DNA of 64,000 bases, from NCBI RefSeq assembly GCF_030028105.1, contig NC_092379.1:27955821-28019820 (forward strand), written 5' to 3'. Source of the DNA: Mobula birostris. Lineage: Eukaryota. The translations under genes were made by a program, and so were the position numbers. The notes under the pieces are model-generated. The model had not been told where the DNA came from. It did not search any database and saw only the letters and a list, made by a program, of their open reading frames with translations. Positions 23,902 through 36,399 of the stretch are shown here, piece after piece. How positions within the stretch are numbered: position 1 is the first letter of the stretch; each line of letters opens with the position of its first letter.

Positions 23902-24683
23902 CTGTAAAATAAATAAGAAATCACAATCAACATTATTACTTATTTGGGGATCATTTCGCTTGTAATGATTCACTTGAATACGTATTACTGCCAGAGTATT
24001 CAGCATTAGCAGAGTACCCTGTTGTGTAACTGCAATATGGTCATGATTAAAGCCATTTTGATTTGCTGTATAGCTGTTTGTTCTAGAGTGCAAGTGTAAG
24101 CTTTGTGGTTTACAGTCTAAATATCACCTATGCAAGAGACTAAGGTACAAAGCTGCAGCAGCCCGCCACAAACGGTGTTGCAGGAACAGATTTGCTTTAT
24201 TCAATAACGAAACTTACTCCACCGGCATCAAATGGCAATGAACTGGTCGAATGCGTGAACGATCGTTAGCTAAGGAAGTTATGCTTTCGAAACCCAGTGA
24301 CGGCCAAGCCTGCATCCCGTTGTCGTACAGAGGAATCCTATAGTGGGGGAAATATTCCGATGCCGTGGGAAGCTACTGTGGTAGCGATTACCAGGAATCG
24401 GTTACACAGGTCTAAAATAGATGGTGAGTGATTGATGACGGAAGGCTGCAACAGATTGGGGAAGATTTCACTGGTCACGAGTTTCATAAGGAAGAGGTCA
24501 AACAGCTATAAAGTAGCCTACTAGTTAGCAAGTTAGCACAAATATGTACTGTTCCTATGACCCCTGTTCAATTCGCGCCACTGTTTGTAAAGTCATTGTG
24601 CTTGCTTCCTGGAAGTCTGGAAGGATTTGCTAGGCTGATTGATTATTGCAAGTTATAGCGTGATTACGCTAGGATTTGTGGGC

Positions 24684-24985
24684 ACGTGGCCAAGTAGTTA
24701 AGGCATTGGACAAGCTACCTGAAGGTCGTGAGTACGAGCCCCAGTCAAGGGAATGTGTTGTGTCCTTCAACAAAGCACTTAATCACATATTGCTCTGCAA
24801 CAACACAGGTGCCAAGCTGTATGGGTACAAATGTCCTGCCCTTGGACAACACTGGTGTCGTGGAGAGGGGACACTTGCAGAATGGACAACTGCTGGTCTT
24901 CCAGACAACCTTGCCCAGGCCTGCACCCTGGCGAATGAAGACTTTCCAGGCGCAGAACCATTGTCTCGCAAGAGTAACGGATGCC
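24684..24985 (+). mobile_element. tRNA-derived SINE at the left breakpoint of cassette 3
   Basis: GTGGCCAAGTAGTTAAGGC..GTGTCCTTCAACAAAGCACTTAATC..GAGTAACGGATGCC; cassette homology starts a few bp later. Confidence 0.78.
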
Positions 24986-25523
24986 ATACGAAGGCAGAAA
25001 TACCTTAGTAGCGAAATATTGTGTTACGCTCGCGACACTCTAAGTCAACACATCATAACTCTGTTAACAGCAGGAAAAGTCAGAGTTTGCGATAGGCTTT
25101 CAATTTCAAATATCCTTTTTGTTTGAAAACTCTATACTTTTGTACGTCTTGAATTTTGAGCACCGATTTCATAATCTGAAGAGAGGGATGCAATGAGAGC
25201 ATTGTCTTCTGAAAGATCATTTTGAAAATTGTAGTAATTGATCACAAAATACCAGATGCACGATAATATTCGGAGGGTGTGTGATGCTCCAAAGGGTACA
25301 ATTGCTTGAACAGTAAAGCTCGCCTGACTGGAAGTGTGAGTAGCTGTTCCTACATAGTCTCACCCTCCAACAGTCGTTCAGTCAATTTTAAAAAGTCATT
25401 ATTGGATGCAGTAACTACTGAATTGTTTTACATGCGATTCTACAGAACTATCTATCTATTCGTCTGTGCCATAATTTGGTTATTTTCTTTTTAATTCTAT
25501 TGATTTAGTTACCATTAATTTAT

Positions 25524-25846
25524 GTGGCCAAGTGGTTAAGGCGTACGTCAAGTGATCTGAAGGTCGCTAGTCGAGCCTTGGCTGAGGCAGCATGCTGTGT
25601 CCTTGAGTAAGGCACTTAACCACACATTGCTCTGTGACGACATGTCTACCAAGCTGTATGGGCCCTAATGCCCTGTCCTTGGACAAGACTGGTGTCTTAA
25701 TGTCGTTCCCTTGCACAACATTGGTGGTGTGGAGACTGGAGACATGCAGTATGGGCATCTACCAGTCTTCCATACAACCTTGCCGAGGCCTGCGACCTGG
25801 AAACCTACCAAGGCGCAAATCCATGGTCTCACCATTCTAACGGATG
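25524..25846 (+). mobile_element. tRNA-derived SINE (cassette-3 copy)
   Basis: Orthologous to 10126-10447, same internal duplication. Confidence 0.78.
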
Positions 25847-26065
25847 ACTATATATAGATAGAGGTATTTACATATTTATGTTACTTATTCCGTAAGTGAG
25901 TTGTTTATTAATTAATTATGTGATAAATATTTACATATGTATTATTTATTGAAACGTCTAGGTACCTTTGATTATAAAACCATAAAATGTAGGCCACAAA
26001 TTATAATTCATAAACGCTCCCTTGTGGACGTCTAGAAAAAAAAACAACAACAACAACAACAACAA

Positions 26066-28751
26066 GTAAACAGCACGAATTCTGCAGATGCTGAAAATTC
26101 AAGCAACACACATCAAAGTTGCTGGTGAACGCAGCAGGCCAGGCAGCATCTCTAGGAAGAGGTGCAGTCGACGTTTCAGGCCGAGACCCTTCGTCAGGAC
26201 TAACTGAAGGAAGAATGAGTAAGAGATTTGAAAGTTGGAGGGGGAGGGGTAGATCAGAAATGATAGGAGAAGACAGGAGGCGGTGGGATGGAACCAAGAG
26301 CTGGACAGGTGATTGACAAAGGGATACGAGAGGATCATGGGACAGGAGGTCCGGGAAGAAAGACAAGGGGGGGGGGAACCCAGAGGATGGGCAAGGGGTA
26401 AATTCAGAGGGACAGAGGGAGAAAAAGGAGAGTGAGAGAAAGAATGTGTGTATAAAAATAAGTAACAGATGGGGTACGAGGGGAAGGTGGGGCATTAGCG
26501 GAAGTCAGAGAAGTCGATGTTCATGCCATCAGGTTGGAGGATACCCAGACGGAATATAAGGTGTTGTTCCTCCAACCTGAGTGTGGCTTCATCTTTACAG
26601 TAGAGGAGGCCGTGGATAGAAATGTCAGAATGGGAATGGGATGTGGAATTAAAATGTTTGCCACTAGGAGATCCTGCTTTCTCTGGCGGACAGAACGTAA
26701 GTGTTCAGCAAAGCAGCCTGCCAGATTGCGTCGGGTCTCGCCAATATATAAAAGGGCACATCGGGAGCACCGGATGCAGTATATCACCCCAGCCGACTCA
26801 CAGGTGAAGTGTCACCTCACCTGGTAGGACTGTTTGGGGCTCTGAATGGTCGTAAGGGAGGAAGTGTAAGGGCATGTGTAGCACTTGTTCCGCTTACACG
26901 GATAAGTACCAGGAGGGAGATCAGTGGGGAGGGATATGGGGGACGAATGGACAAGGGAGTTGTGTAGGGAGCGATCCCTGCGGAAAGCGGGGGGAGGGGG
27001 GAGGGAAAGATGTGCTTAGTAGTGGGATCCCGTAGGAGGTGGCGGATGTTACGGAGCATAATATGTTGGACCCGGAGGCTGGTGGGGTGGCAGGTGAGGA
27101 CCAGGAGAACCCTATTCCTAGTCGGGTGGCGAGAGGATGGAGTGAGAGCAGATGTATGTGAAATGGGGGAGATGCGTTTAAGAGCAGAGTTGATAGTGGA
27201 GGAAGGGAAGCCCCTTTCTTTTAAAAAGGAGGACATCTCCCTCGTCCTAGAATGAAAAACCTCATCCTGAGAGCAGATGCGGCGGAGACGGAGGAATTGC
27301 GAGAAGGGTATGGCGTTCTTGCAAGAGACAGGGTGAGAAGAGGAATAGTTCAGATAGCTGTGAGAGTCAGTAGGCTTATAGTAGACATCAGTGGATAAGC
27401 TATCTCCAGAGACAGAGACAGAAAGATCTAGAAAGGGGAGGTAGGTGTCGGAAATGGACCAGGTAAACTTGAGGGCATGGTGAAAGTTGGAGGCAAAGTT
27501 AATAAAGTCAACGAGCTCTGCAGCGTGCAGGAAGCAGCGCCAATGCAGTCGTCGATGTAGCGAAGGAAAAGTGGGGGACAGATACCAGAATAGGCACGGA
27601 ACATAGATTGTTCCGCAAAACCAACAAAAAAGGCAGGCATAGCTAGGACCCATACCGGTGCCCATAGCTACACCTTTAGTTTGGAGGAAGTGGGGGGAGC
27701 CAAAGGAGAAATTATTAAGAGTAAGGACTAATTCCGCTAGACGGAGCAGAATGGTGGTAGAGGGGAACTGATTAGGTCTGGAATCCAAAAAGAAGCGTAG
27801 AGCTTTGAGAACTTCCTGATGGGGTATGGAAGTATATAGGGACTGGACATCCATGGTGAAAATAAAGCGGTGGGGGCCAGGGAACTTAAAGTCATCGAAA
27901 AGTTTAAGAGAGTGAGAAGTGTCACGAACATAGGTAGGAAGTGATTGAACAAGGGGGGATAAAACCATGTCGAGGTATGCAGAAACGAGTTCGGTGGGGC
28001 AGGAGCAAGCTGAGACAATAGGTCGGCCAGGACAGGCAGGTTGTGAATCTTGGGTAGGAGGTAGAAACGGGAAGTGCGAGGTATGGGAGCTATAAGGTTG
28101 GTAGCAGTGGATGCGAGATCCCCTGAGCGGATGAAGTCGGTGAAGGTGTGGGAGACAATGGTATGGTGCTCCTTAGTGGGGTCACGATCGAGGGGTAAAT
28201 AAGAGGAGGTATCCGCGAGTTGTCGCTGCACCTCGGCAAGGTAGAGGTCAGTAGGCCAGACTACAACAGCGTGTTTAATAATAAGGTTCGGATTAGTGCC
28301 GAGGGAGTGGAGAGCAGAGCGTTCCGAAGGAGTGAGGTTGGAATGGGGACAAGGTGCGGTGAAGTCGAGACGGTTGATGTCCCGTCGGCAGTTAGCAATA
28401 AAGAGATCCAGAGCAGGCAGAAGACCAGAGCGGGGGGTGGGGGGGGGGGGAGGGTTCATGAAGAAGAAGAGAGTTGAAGACGGGAGAAGAGGTCATCGGT
28501 GGAGGTGGCAGAGTCCTTGCCGAAGAAGTAGGCTCGGAGACGGAGACGGCGGAAGAAGAGTTCCGCATCATGGCGAATACGGTACTCGCTGAGGTGTGGG
28601 CGAAGGGGGACAAAGTTGAGGCCCTTACTGAGGACAGAGAGCTATGCCTCCGACAGTTGAAGGTCGGAGGGGATGGTAAAGACCCGGCATGGATGAGAGC
28701 TGGGGTCAGAGGGGGGAGGGGGAGGCTGGGGGTGTCAATGGATAGGGGAGG
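26066..28751 (-). mobile_element. Penelope-like element (RT + GIY-YIG), 5'-truncated and frameshifted
   Basis: RT motifs FTMDVQSLYTSIPH, QTKGVAMG, FLRYIDD; endonuclease IYCIRCSRCALLYIGET; AACAACAACAA on both flanks (upstream of 26066 and at 28752-28762); empty site at ~10640. Confidence 0.93.
26166..26201 (-). ncRNA. Minimal type I hammerhead ribozyme in the PLE terminal region
   Basis: Minus strand AGUC-CUGACGA-AGG(GUCUCGG)CCU-GAAA-CG-UC/GACU: intact core, stem I AGUC:GACU, stem II AGG:CCU, palindromic ACGU stem III typical of dimer-cleaving PLE hammerheads. Confidence 0.82.
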
Positions 28752-30595
28752 AACAACAACAAATTCTACTTTGTAGATCGAACCGCATGATTGCCATAAC
28801 AGTTTGCTCAAAATTTAACTTGAAGACATTTTCCAGCTGATCGATAAATTTTACAATATAAAAAAACAACATAGAAAGAGCAGAGGAAGAAATGTAAATG
28901 TAAATGAAATAATTCATTCTAAACCGAGGAAAAATAATCACTTCCGGATTGAATTGAATTCGATATGAGATTTCTTATTTCATTTGTAACTGTGCCATTT
29001 ACTGATACAGACTTCCGCCCCCGCCCCCCCCCCACCCCCGCTTCTTCTTTGTCATCGTTAAAAAACAGATGAAGGAAGACTGGCAGTCTTTAAGCTTATC
29101 CAAATATTAATCATTTTTTCCTGATGTTGTGGGTTCTTGAGATAGAATGATTCGTCAAAAGATAAAATTAAATTGTCGCAAGGCACACAGGTATTTCCTT
29201 CATAAGTTCTTTATTTCTCATTTTCTAGATCTGTCTGAGTATTTTCCCTGCCTGAGAGGACATATGACAGCCGTGTAGTAAAATTGGGCCAACATTATCC
29301 TTCGTTACAGGAGCGAAAACAACAAATATTACTAACAACTCATTCTTGCAAGGCTTTCTAATATTAGATTAAGTTCGGTATATTTGCTAATCCTCTGTTT
29401 ATTCTTCAGGGGTTCTTAACAATTATTTTTAATACTCAGGTCTCCGTTGCACTCTGGTCACTCACTCTGCATATTACATTGGTTCGCCATAGATTGGAAC
29501 CGATTATCAGGTATATGAAGAATAGCATGAAGTCTTCATCGCACTGCACAGATGCTGTCTGATCTTGTGGATGTTCGTTTCGCGTTCTTTTTCATTTGTG
29601 AAATTGAGGACCTGGTATGTTGTTTTTGCCACAGGTTTACATTAGCGTGTACAGCGCTACGATCTTTGCACGTGTTGTATTAACCGTGACCACGCAGTGC
29701 CCTGGAACGTGATCCTATTTACTGATTAACAAACTCTTTCCATATTCCAGCAAAATCTGAAATCGGCTCTTGCGTCCGCTTTCACAGTGGTGTCTGATAA
29801 AGTCCATTACATTTACTGAGCATTTAATGCCGTTCACAACTTTCACATAGGCAGCTGCAGATGTAACGAAAGGACATAGACATAAAACCGCTTCATACTA
29901 TACCAGGTGCCGATGCATCAGACTGAGTTGCTGAACAAATTACTCTTATTCCCACGATAGAAAGTGCAATATGTGTAATGTGAAACTAAAGTAACCTGCA
30001 ACATCACATATTACAATGAATAAATAAGCTAGTGGCAATCACTCAAAGATATATCATATCGTCACTTAATATTACCTAATTCCCTTATATACATATTGTC
30101 ATTTGTGTTAAAACCCAGTGGACTGGTTCCAATAACGTTCAGAGACTCTGTTCCCAGCTGAGCTCTCCTTGTGCGTTTCACACTTTTTGCAGTAGTTTGC
30201 AATTTATAAATGTATGCAGTAGTTGTGAGAAGATTCATCCCTGTTCGCTCAATTTCATCTCCGTACGGAATTACTACGCGGCGTTTATCAGATGCCTCAG
30301 AAGACAGGCGCGCAACAAACTCATTTAAATTAGGCTGGACATTTGCTGATTAATCTCAGCATTCTGGGAAAGGAGACATTGTTTTAGATTCTCTTATATA
30401 TATTTAGTTAAATGCATCGATCCTTTATATCCATCAGCTTGATCAACGGGAGTTTTCAGACCCGGTTTACGAGAGAAAAGTGCTTGATCAAATGCGAGAG
30501 TTTTGTTTGTGTGTAGTCAATGAGGTTAATTGCTTATTGTCATTTCAGATGGCAATTATAAAAGACGGAATAGAGAACGAATAAATTAAGATTTG

Positions 30596-30609
30596 ATGCC
30601 ACCTGGTGG
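30596..30609 (-). promoter_or_regulatory. Reverse CTCF-like motif upstream of V4
   Basis: Minus strand CCACCAGGTGGCAT, 642 bp upstream of ATG. Confidence 0.7.
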
Positions 30610-31018
30610 AATATAGCGTATTTGTTCCTGGCGATGTTAGACGAAACTCAGTGTCTCCTTCATATCGTAACAGCCCATGCACAATCAATCACCACTTCCA
30701 GCCGCGAAATTAATTGTTAAGTTATTCAGAGGAAAGCTACTTTCATAGGCTGCCTATGAACAAATCAAAATATCGTGCACCGTGCTGTTTGCTTATTTCT
30801 GCTTTTCCGATCAATTCTGTCGTCTCCACGTTCTGCCAGAAATCCACGTCATCGAACAGTAATGATTGCTATTTCATCCTTTGCTGCAGCTTCGTTACCG
30901 TCCGATCTATTCTGCTCGCAGCCTCTGCCTCGATGAGCAATCGCAATTTGTTGACAGTCTTCCCAACAAGAATTGCTGGCTGCCCCGCATTCTTCGCCTT
31001 TGAGCGGCGCTGCACTGT

Positions 31019-31026
31019 TGATGTCA
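31019..31026 (+). promoter_or_regulatory. CRE-like element in V4 promoter
   Basis: TGATGTCA at the position orthologous to TGACGTCA of V1. Confidence 0.45.
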
Positions 31027-31250
31027 GCTCACAAGGTATTTGATTTGTTTGTTCTGCGCTTTTGCAATCGCCTCCGCACTATTTGATTTCCTGCATTGCG
31101 TCTGAACGACACTTTTTATTGTGTTTTAGAGACACAACTCCGTGCGTTGCCTGTTGTGATTGGTCGCTTTGGCCAAGGTATGTGTTTTTATTCTCTGGCA
31201 ATGAGTCTCCACTCTGTGGTCACAAGAGTACAGACTCAAACAGAGCGAAT

Positions 31251-31725
31251 ATGAAGAACTGTCTCACTCTGCTCCTCATTATTGCGTTTCTTCTGGGTAA
31301 GATGTTCCTTCGCTGTAATATTCGGCAGATGCCTCATTCCCCATAAACACGTTCTATTTACTATTTACGTAACCATATTGTTCGAAGTAGAGCTTATGAT
31401 CTATAATTTATTTCACTGTTAGACTGGAGCCTTCAAGACTCAGTGGAACAGTCAGTGGATGCAATTACGATCGAAGAAGAAAGGAATGTTACACTAAACT
31501 GCACTTTACAAACAAGTGATGCATTCCCAAATGGTTTCTGGTACAGGCAGCGCCCCAGGCAGCAACCAGAGTATCTGTTTCGGATCATCGCAGGGAAAGT
31601 AGAACGAAATAAAGATGTAACCGACCGATTATCTGTTTCCTATAATAAGAGTGAAAAATATACCGAACTCTCGATTAAGAACGCCAAAATCACTGACTCG
31701 GCCACGTACCTCTGCGCGATGAGCA
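31251..31725 (+). CDS. TRAV: TCR alpha-type V segment V4, intact (leader 31251-31296, intron 31297-31422, V exon 31423-31725)
   Basis: MKNCLTLLLIIAFLL-G, GT/AG intact, open exon ending DSATYLCAMS, consensus RSS. Confidence 0.9.
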
Positions 31726-31764
31726 CACAGTGCTGTAAAAACTCAACTATCTCGAACAAAAACC
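31726..31764 (+). other. 23-RSS of V4
   Basis: CACAGTG + 23 nt + ACAAAAACC. Confidence 0.97.
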
Positions 31765-31788
31765 CACTTTCACAATTTCCTCTAGATA

Positions 31789-31802
31789 TCGATAGAGGGC
31801 GA
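31789..31802 (+). promoter_or_regulatory. Forward RSS-proximal CTCF-like motif (V4)
   Basis: TCGATAGAGGGCGA, 24 bp after the nonamer. Confidence 0.62.
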
Positions 31803-32563
31803 ACAAACCAAGGGGAACACAGATGCCTCTTTAACCATGTGAGCAATTGCTTTCGCATAGTTATTGTTTCGGAATTTCTCTGTCAGTATGGTTAAAATGA
31901 GAAAACAAACACTCCAGATATTTCTGATACCATAGATTTTATGATAAATCAAAATCGCTTGTATTCTAGCCGATGATGAAGGGCAACCCAGTACAGCCCG
32001 AGGACCATACCTTGCATGCCACTTTTGCAAAATCAGAGCATTCCTTTTGATCATTGTGGTTTGTGAGTCATTTATCAAAATCTGTAGAAAACGTCCTATG
32101 GGGCGTGTCAATATCGTACCCTGCTGAGCGAACACAGGGAAGAAGAAGTCGATCTGGTTTTATTCGTTTATTTCTGAGTCTGTACCTTAGAAAATAGGTG
32201 CGTGACTAATTCATGTAAATTTGGCAGGAATTACGCTGATTAATCTCAGAATTGTGGGAAAAAGAGATATTGTTATTCCATCCTGACATATATATCTGCG
32301 TATATCTATCGATCCTTAATGTGCATCTGATTGATGTTGAACAACTTGATTATTGAGAATTTTCAAACCAGATTTATAAGAAAAAAGAGCACTTCATAAG
32401 ATGCGAAAGATTTGTCTGTCATCCGTTACAGAGATATATTCCTCATTTTTAGTTCACATGACAATTATAAAAGAGAGAAACGTTTGGAACACCCTACAGG
32501 CCTGGCAATTTCTGCGAAAATTGAAGAATGAGCAGTCGCAGTAAGCGGATTACTTATGCTTTG

Positions 32564-32577
32564 CTGCCATCTGGTGG
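32564..32577 (-). promoter_or_regulatory. Reverse CTCF-like motif of a V-deleted module
   Basis: Minus strand CCACCAGATGGCAG (full consensus). Confidence 0.7.
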
Positions 32578-32974
32578 AATATATCATCTTGATTTCTGGC
32601 GAAGCTGCATGAAACTCAGAAACTCCTTCACGTCCCAACAGCCTATAAACAAGCAATCACAACATCCATCCGCCGAATTCATTGGTAGGTTATTCAGCGA
32701 AAAGCTACTTGTATAGACTGCATGTGAGCCGGTCAAAATGCCCTGAGCATTGCTGCTTGCTCATTTTTGCTTTTCAGATCAACTCCTGAATCGCTACGCT
32801 TTGCCAGAAATCTACGTCAGTCAAGAGTAAAGACTGTTGTTTCATCTTATGCTGCAAACACGCTTCGCTACCTTACCATTTATTCTGCTCACACCCTGTG
32901 CCTCGATGAGCAAGCGCAATTTATTGACGGTCTTCTCCAATAATGTTGACGTCTGTCCCGCATCACTTCACCTT

Positions 32975-33000
32975 AGAGTGACGCTTTCACAGATTGCTCG
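32975..33000 (+). other. Second copy of the whole-V deletion scar
   Basis: GAGTGACG-CT-TTCACAG, same junction as ~14985. Confidence 0.88.
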
Positions 33001-33005
33001 GGAGC

Positions 33006-33019
33006 TCGATAGAGGGCGA
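33006..33019 (+). promoter_or_regulatory. Forward CTCF-like motif retained after V deletion
   Basis: TCGATAGAGGGCGA. Confidence 0.6.
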
Positions 33020-35355
33020 TCAAATCAAACCTAATGTAAAAGCCAACTAAAGTCCAGAGGCTTCGTCCAATATTCCTCTCCCCAGAGAAGTATTGGTTTG
33101 ACATTTAGAATGGATGTTTTCCCCTTGAATGGCTGTAACTGTGATCAAAACCATTAATCTTCAATGATTCCTCTGTGTTACCTAATTTCGCTGAATATTC
33201 CCTTTTCGCATCTGAAGCTTCCACCATCATCATTGCGGATACATTAATCCTTTTAAGGGTTATTTTAACATAGAAAGTGATTAAATTTTGAGACAAAAAT
33301 AGCACATGTAGCAAGTAACATATTTCAAAGCGCTGAAGAAGGTTTCATGTGGCTTTTGATTTCGGTCAGAGATTTAATCACACTGTGGTGAATTTTTGTG
33401 CTGTATGTCGTTGATTTTTATTAACGCACAAGGGCTTACGTATTTAAACGCTAGCGTCAGATTGTTTCAGACATAAGCAAATAAAATACAGTTCATTATT
33501 TATGCAGAATATTAATTACTTCCTTAAATTTCCATTCCGTCAGTTCAATTTGCATCCCATGTCTGCAGTATTTGGTTTACCGAATTACCAGATGCTTCTC
33601 ACAGTCTTACTCCTCCAGTCCCATCATTACTGAGCATATTTTCCAATTCCCGCACTTACATAAGTTCACCACACGGCGCAGATTTGACCATTTTAACGGT
33701 TGCGCTCATACCGCATTGTGTTACATATCGTCGAAGCATTATTATTGACTAAATATCTAGTGTGTGCATGTGCATTTGATCCACGCAGTAGATACCAGGA
33801 CGTGTAAAGGGATATTTATTTGTCGCTTTTCGCTTCCCTCAGTGTACCACTCCGACTGCAATATAAGACACAAAGTGAAACCCATGAACTACCGCTTTAC
33901 GAAGAGCAATAATATTCTATTAGATTCGACAACAGTTTAATTTACCAAAGAGATCTCTTTAAAATACGAATATGTGAATGTTACTATTGGTGAGATATGA
34001 GTGACGTGTTTGATAGAAGCAACATCGCGATCGATTTATAATGTGTAAATTATATTTCGGTTTGGTGCAACAGTTGGTTTTGGAATGAGAGAAATTAGTC
34101 GTAGAGATTAAATAATATGTGCTATCTGTTCGATAGTTTGGCTGTTTCGTGATCCGACATACCAATAGGCCGGTATTAAGAAGCAATATGCTAAAGATGG
34201 CATATGCTACTTCTCCGACCATCCATACTCTAATTTAATATAGATATTCTGGAGTCTACCGGCCACGGATTATACTGCGAGCATATGGGTTGATAATTAT
34301 TGATTGAAATCAGGCACCACTATAATAATCACTGCATTTAATAGATAGTGGAGTCTGCAATGGGGATAAACAACAAAATGATATGTCCGAATAATTTCCA
34401 TTGTCAGTATATGGCAGTTGTTCAATACCAGTTCAAGAAAAGGAGAGGCAATGGTGACAGTACAAGGCAGTCATCCAGCAAATCTGTGGTCGTAATGTGC
34501 ATGCATCTTATATGTTGGAACAGCAGGTAAGGAATATATTATAATTGGATGCTTTAGGGAATTTCAACCATCCATTCCTGCTGGATGATAAGGCAACATT
34601 TTAATTCGTAACTTTTTATACTCCCTGGTTATTAAACAGCAGCAACAACAACAACACCAGTACAATGAATGTTTCGGCATTTCTCAGTCCGGTTATATGG
34701 TTAAAATAAGGAGACACATGCCAGATACTTATGTTGCCACACATTTTATGATCATTCAAAATCGCTTACATTCCAGCTGATGATGAACGGCACCCAGAAC
34801 AGCCCAAGCCGCATACCTCGCCTGCCACTGTTCCCAAAATCCGAGACTTCCTTTTTGATCTCCGCGGCTTGGGAGTCATTTATCAAAATCTGCGGGAAAC
34901 GTCCAGCGGGATGCTATAACATCATATCCTGCTGAAACAACACAGGAAAAAAAGAGGTCGATCTAGTATTATTTGTTTATTTCTGAGGCCGTACCTCAGA
35001 AAATAAGTGCGTAACTACTTCATGCCAATTAGGCGGGAATTACGCTGACTAATCTCAGCATTCTGCGAAATGAGATTTGTACTTTCATCGTCCGTATATC
35101 TATCGATCCTTAACATACGTCCGTTTGATGTTGAACAACTGGATCATTGCAAATTATCAACCCAGGTTTACCAGAAAAAGTGAACATCATCAGATGCGAG
35201 AGATTTGTTTGTCATCAGTTATAGCTATAATTGCTTATTTCCAGTTCACATGACAATTTTTAAAGAGAGAACCGTTGTGAACACCCAACAGGCCTGGAAG
35301 CTTCTGCGAAAATCGAAGAATAAGCAGTCCCAGTGAGCGAATTAGTAATGCATTG

Positions 35356-35369
35356 CTGCCATCTGGTGG
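35356..35369 (-). promoter_or_regulatory. Orphan reverse CTCF-like motif (V-upstream module with no V)
   Basis: Minus strand CCACCAGATGGCAG; V-upstream homology stops at ~35440. Confidence 0.68.
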
Positions 35370-36385
35370 AATATATTCTCTTCATTTCTGGCGATGTTAC
35401 ATGAAACGCAGGACCTCCTTCACGTCTCAGCAGCGTATGAGCCAAAGTCCGGTTGCCTGTTCGGATAATCGCGGAGACAAACTAAATTAAAGGAACTACA
35501 GCTACAGTGATGATATGTCATTTTTGTCCACGTAAGCGATTATTTATGCAGTGTTAATGATTAGGTATTGCCCAGTCCGGTTATATGGCTAAAGTTAGAG
35601 AAAAAAAATACCATTCCGATGTGTCACCGGATCGAATCAGCAGAATTCATCATAATGCATGGGACAGCACAACTTACATGTCCCAAACAACATACCATTC
35701 TTTTCATTTTCCAAAAAAATGTTGAACCAAATCCCTTATGCGTCAGTTTATTCACATCGAATGCACAGTATGAGACCGGCGTTCAAACAAATCATGATTT
35801 CAAATTCAGTCGAAAAAGCTGTTGAATCAGAATATGAGGATATGTGACATGCTATAACACAAGGCGAGGTGATCTTAGTGACTTGTGAGTCTTTAATCAA
35901 AACATGTTTAGTGCGTCAGTTGGGTTGGTACAACATCATATCCTGCTCAACCATCACAAGAATCAAAATGTCGTTCTCGTTTCATTTGTTTGTTTCTGAG
36001 TCTTATCCTCAGAAAATAGGTGCGTGGCAAATTCCTATAAATTAGCCAAGGAATTCACTGATTAATCTCAGCATTCTTGAAAAGGAAATATTGTTTTATA
36101 TCCAGACATATATAGGTACGTATACTTTCCAGTCATTTAAATCCATCAGTTTGTTGTTGAACAGTTAAATTATCGGGAGTTTTTTAGTCCAGGTTCATGA
36201 CAGAAAAGCACTACATCAAATGCGAGAGTGCAATTTGTCAGCAGTTAGGGAGATAAATTGCTTATTTTCGGATCACATGACAATTGTTAAAAGTACGGAG
36301 ACGTCTGGAACGCACAGCTAGCGAGGAAGCTTCTGTGAAAATCAAAGAATAAACAGTTCCAGTGAGTGGAATGAATTGTGCGATG

Positions 36386-36399
36386 CTGCCATCTGCCGG
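36386..36399 (-). promoter_or_regulatory. Reverse CTCF-like motif upstream of V5
   Basis: Minus strand CCGGCAGATGGCAG, ~650 bp upstream of the leader. Confidence 0.68.

Larger units (their letters stand above)
18506..23934. repeat. Large inverted duplication: arms 18506-20661 and 21793-23934, ~1.13-kb unique spacer
   Basis: Arms are reverse complements over ~2.1 kb with scattered substitutions (e.g. CTCTGCGAAAGAC vs CTCCGCGAAAGAC). Confidence 0.95.
24993..34363. repeat. Segmental duplication, cassette 3 (sister of 9604-16365)
   Basis: Colinear with cassette 2; shares the SINE internal duplication and the V-deletion scar. Confidence 0.92.

Noticed and set aside
26001-26495. 164-aa Pro/Leu/Ser-rich ORF
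   Set aside because: Low-complexity pyrimidine-rich PLE 3' UTR, no domain signal.
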